Shown here: positions 62,185-64,000 of the stretch, in pieces
Position numbering within the stretch: position 1 is the first letter of the stretch
Layout: each line of letters begins with the position of its first letter
Source: an uncultured Mycoplasmatota bacterium
GTDB taxonomy: Bacteria > Bacillota_I > Bacilli_A > RF39 > UBA660
Length of the DNA stretch: 64,000 nucleotides
Assembly (NCBI GenBank): GCA_900548695.1
Contig: URLC01000002.1
Location: forward strand, 197,545-261,544
Reading direction: 5' to 3'
The notes under the pieces: generated by a model
Told to the model about the DNA's origin: nothing
Database searches by the model: none
The model's input: the letters and a program-made list of their open reading frames with translations, nothing else
Position numbers and translations under genes: made by a program

Positions 62185-63669
62185 ATGAATAAAAATAAAC
62201 ATAGGAAAATACGATATGTCGGACGTCATAGCTCTTACAAAGATATGAATCTGTTAGCTAAGAGGAACTTGATTGAAAAAAGGCTAAGAAGAATTACTAT
62301 TTTTACCCTTTTCTTAGTTGTTTTCTCGTGCCTTTTTATTGGTTATCAGAAGCTTTTCTTACCGGGAATTGAGTTGAAAGGTTCTAGTGTAGTAGAAGTT
62401 TCTTATTTAGGTAAGTATAAGGAGGCTGGTTTTTTATCTAACTATAGAAACAAAGATATTAGCTCCTTAGTAAAAGTTAAGGGACATGTGAATTCGGCTA
62501 AGCTTGGAGAATATATTATTGAGTATAGTGTTAAATATAAGGGACATACTGTTCATAAAACTAGAACTGTTAGGGTGGTTGATGATGAAAAACCAGAGAT
62601 TACTTTTTTAAATAATGAAAAGGATACATTGTATATTTGTCCTAATGGTAAATATTTATTTGATGATTATAAGGCAATAGATAATTATGATGGTGATATT
62701 ACTGATAAAGTTCAAGTCAAACGTATTGGTAACAAATATCGTTATTTTGTTACTGATTCTTTTGGTAATACCAATGTAGTTGAGAGAGTTTCTTTTTATC
62801 AGGATATTTCTAAACCAACAGTAACCTTAGATTCTTCTCTTAATATAACACTTACTGTAGGTGAGAAGTTTAATGATTCTAATTATTCTGTTTCAGATAA
62901 TTGTGATCATAATGTTTCAGTTAAAGTTGATGGTAATGTCGATACTAATATACCTGGTACTTATTACCGAAATTATGTTGCGACTGATAAGGCGGGGAAT
63001 ACCACAAAAGTAACGCAACGAATTGATGTTTTGGAACCTCGAAAGAATGGAGTTATTTATTTAACTTTTGATGATGGTCCAAGAAGTGGAACTACTGATA
63101 TTATTTTAAATATTTTAAAAGAGGAAGGAGTAAAGGCAACTTTTTTTGTAACGAATAGTGGACCTGATGATTTGATTAAAAGAGCTTATAACGAGGGACA
63201 TACTATTGGTCTTCATACAGCAAGCCATGATTATTCGGTAGTTTATGCATCCGTTGATTCTTATTTTTCTGATTTGGAAATGGTCTCTTCTAGAGTTGAG
63301 AGAATTACGGGAGAAAAATCTAAAATAATTCGCTTTCCAGGAGGTTCTAGTAATACAATTAGTAGACGATATTCTCCAGGTATTATGTCAACACTTACTA
63401 CTGAAGTTTTGAATCGAGGATATCGATATTATGATTGGAATATTGATTCGAGAGATGCGGAAGGTGGTAGATATAATGCAGATGATATTTATCAATTTGT
63501 TACTTCTAGTTTATCTCACGATAAAGTAAATATGGTGTTAATGCATGATATTAAAGTGACAACTAAGGATTGTTTACGTAAAATTATTCAATATGGAAAA
63601 GCTAATGGATATACGTTTGAAGCAATAAGCCCATATACTGATATGGTAACGCAACGTGTAAATAATTAG
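62185..63669 (+). CDS. membrane-anchored polysaccharide deacetylase (NodB domain) with Ig-like repeats
   Basis: N-terminal TM, then repeated domains, then IYLTFDDGPRSGTTDIIL ... HTASHDY NodB motifs. Confidence 0.75.
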   Translation: MNKNKHRKIRYVGRHSSYKDMNLLAKRNLIEKRLRRITIFTLFLVVFSCLFIGYQKLFLPGIELKGSSVVEVSYLGKYKEAGFLSNYRNKDISSLVKVKGHVNSAKLGEYIIEYSVKYKGHTVHKTRTVRVVDDEKPEITFLNNEKDTLYICPNGKYLFDDYKAIDNYDGDITDKVQVKRIGNKYRYFVTDSFGNTNVVERVSFYQDISKPTVTLDSSLNITLTVGEKFNDSNYSVSDNCDHNVSVKVDGNVDTNIPGTYYRNYVATDKAGNTTKVTQRIDVLEPRKNGVIYLTFDDGPRSGTTDIILNILKEEGVKATFFVTNSGPDDLIKRAYNEGHTIGLHTASHDYSVVYASVDSYFSDLEMVSSRVERITGEKSKIIRFPGGSSNTISRRYSPGIMSTLTTEVLNRGYRYYDWNIDSRDAEGGRYNADDIYQFVTSSLSHDKVNMVLMHDIKVTTKDCLRKIIQYGKANGYTFEAISPYTDMVTQRVNN

Positions 63670-63712
63670 ACTATTTTCAATAATTAGTGTATAATGAATT
63701 GTAGGTGGTGTT

Positions 63713-64000
63713 ATGGGTATATTTAAACCAACAATGTATCGGAAAGATATTTTCGATATTGATTATCAAAAATTAAAAGATCAGGGCATTCGTTGCCTTG
63801 TTTTCGACTTAGATAATACTTTGGGATTATTGGAACATGAGCGTTGTCCTTTAAAAACCAAGAAATTGATTAAAAGTTTACAAAATGATTTTTTGATTTT
63901 TATTGCATCTAATAATTATATGGGAAGAATCAAGCCTTATATGGAAGATTTAGGTGTAGGAGGAGTAGCATTTTGTATGAAACCTTCTACACGTGGTCTT
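63713..64000 (+). CDS. yqeG: YqeG-family HAD phosphatase, N-terminal part (continues past window)
   Basis: CLVFDLDNTLG HAD motif I. The frame is open to the window end. Confidence 0.6.
   Translation, partial: MGIFKPTMYRKDIFDIDYQKLKDQGIRCLVFDLDNTLGLLEHERCPLKTKKLIKSLQNDFLIFIASNNYMGRIKPYMEDLGVGGVAFCMKPSTRGL

Noticed and set aside
1-64000. Alternative genetic code (TGA=Trp, code 4) suggested by the AT-richness and the in-frame TGA
   Set aside because: Rel (25387-25389), xerC (20523-20525) and the 18323 ORF terminate at TGA at positions matching full-length homologues. Trp is encoded by TGG throughout the long intact ORFs.
1-64000. CRISPR arrays, rRNA or tRNA genes
   Set aside because: No regularly spaced direct repeats, no rRNA-like conserved blocks and no tRNA cloverleaf candidates noticed. 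The structured intergenic regions are better explained as T-box leaders, a 6S-like RNA and terminators.

Overview
Contiguous chromosomal window from an AT-rich Gram-positive bacterium (Bacillota; gene order resembles Bacilli/Erysipelotrichia; TGA, TAA and TAG are all used as stops, so genetic code 11). Most of it is conserved housekeeping backbone. In order: queA (3' end), rplS, lepB, a small HD-domain protein, T-box-asnA, rbgA, rnhB, topA, xerC, comN-like, fused secDF, rel, dtd, an AI-2E transporter, T-box-hisS-aspS, tcdA, lexA (-), polA, mutM, pyk, gmk (-), tmcAL (-), a division/cell-wall block murG-murB-divIB-[three tandem paralogous polytopic membrane proteins]-ftsA-ftsZ, an arginase-family gene (-), murE, a YkgJ-like protein, VanZ, a Wzx/SpoVB-like flippase, a pro-sigma-K-like sporulation sigma factor, a NodB deacetylase and a yqeG-like fragment. 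Between asnA and rbgA (about 4.5 to 13.5 kb) lies a visibly more AT-rich accessory island. It carries two tandem HExxH proteins, a streptogramin-A acetyltransferase (Vat family), an XRE-HTH membrane regulator with a palindromic operator, a UDG-superfamily glycosylase-like protein, a large serine recombinase killed by one in-frame TGA, a small TM ORF and a 778-aa orphan protein. The same 17-bp sequence sits at both island borders. Other notable items: a promoter-to-terminator unit of about 185 nt upstream of tcdA whose ends pair into a long interrupted helix, typical of 6S RNA; a small membrane-protein gene divergent from lexA with GAAC-N4-GTAC boxes in its promoter, which fits an SOS division inhibitor; a Cys/His-rich tail on HisRS; a C39-like peptidase domain protein. 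No rRNA, tRNA or CRISPR array was seen.
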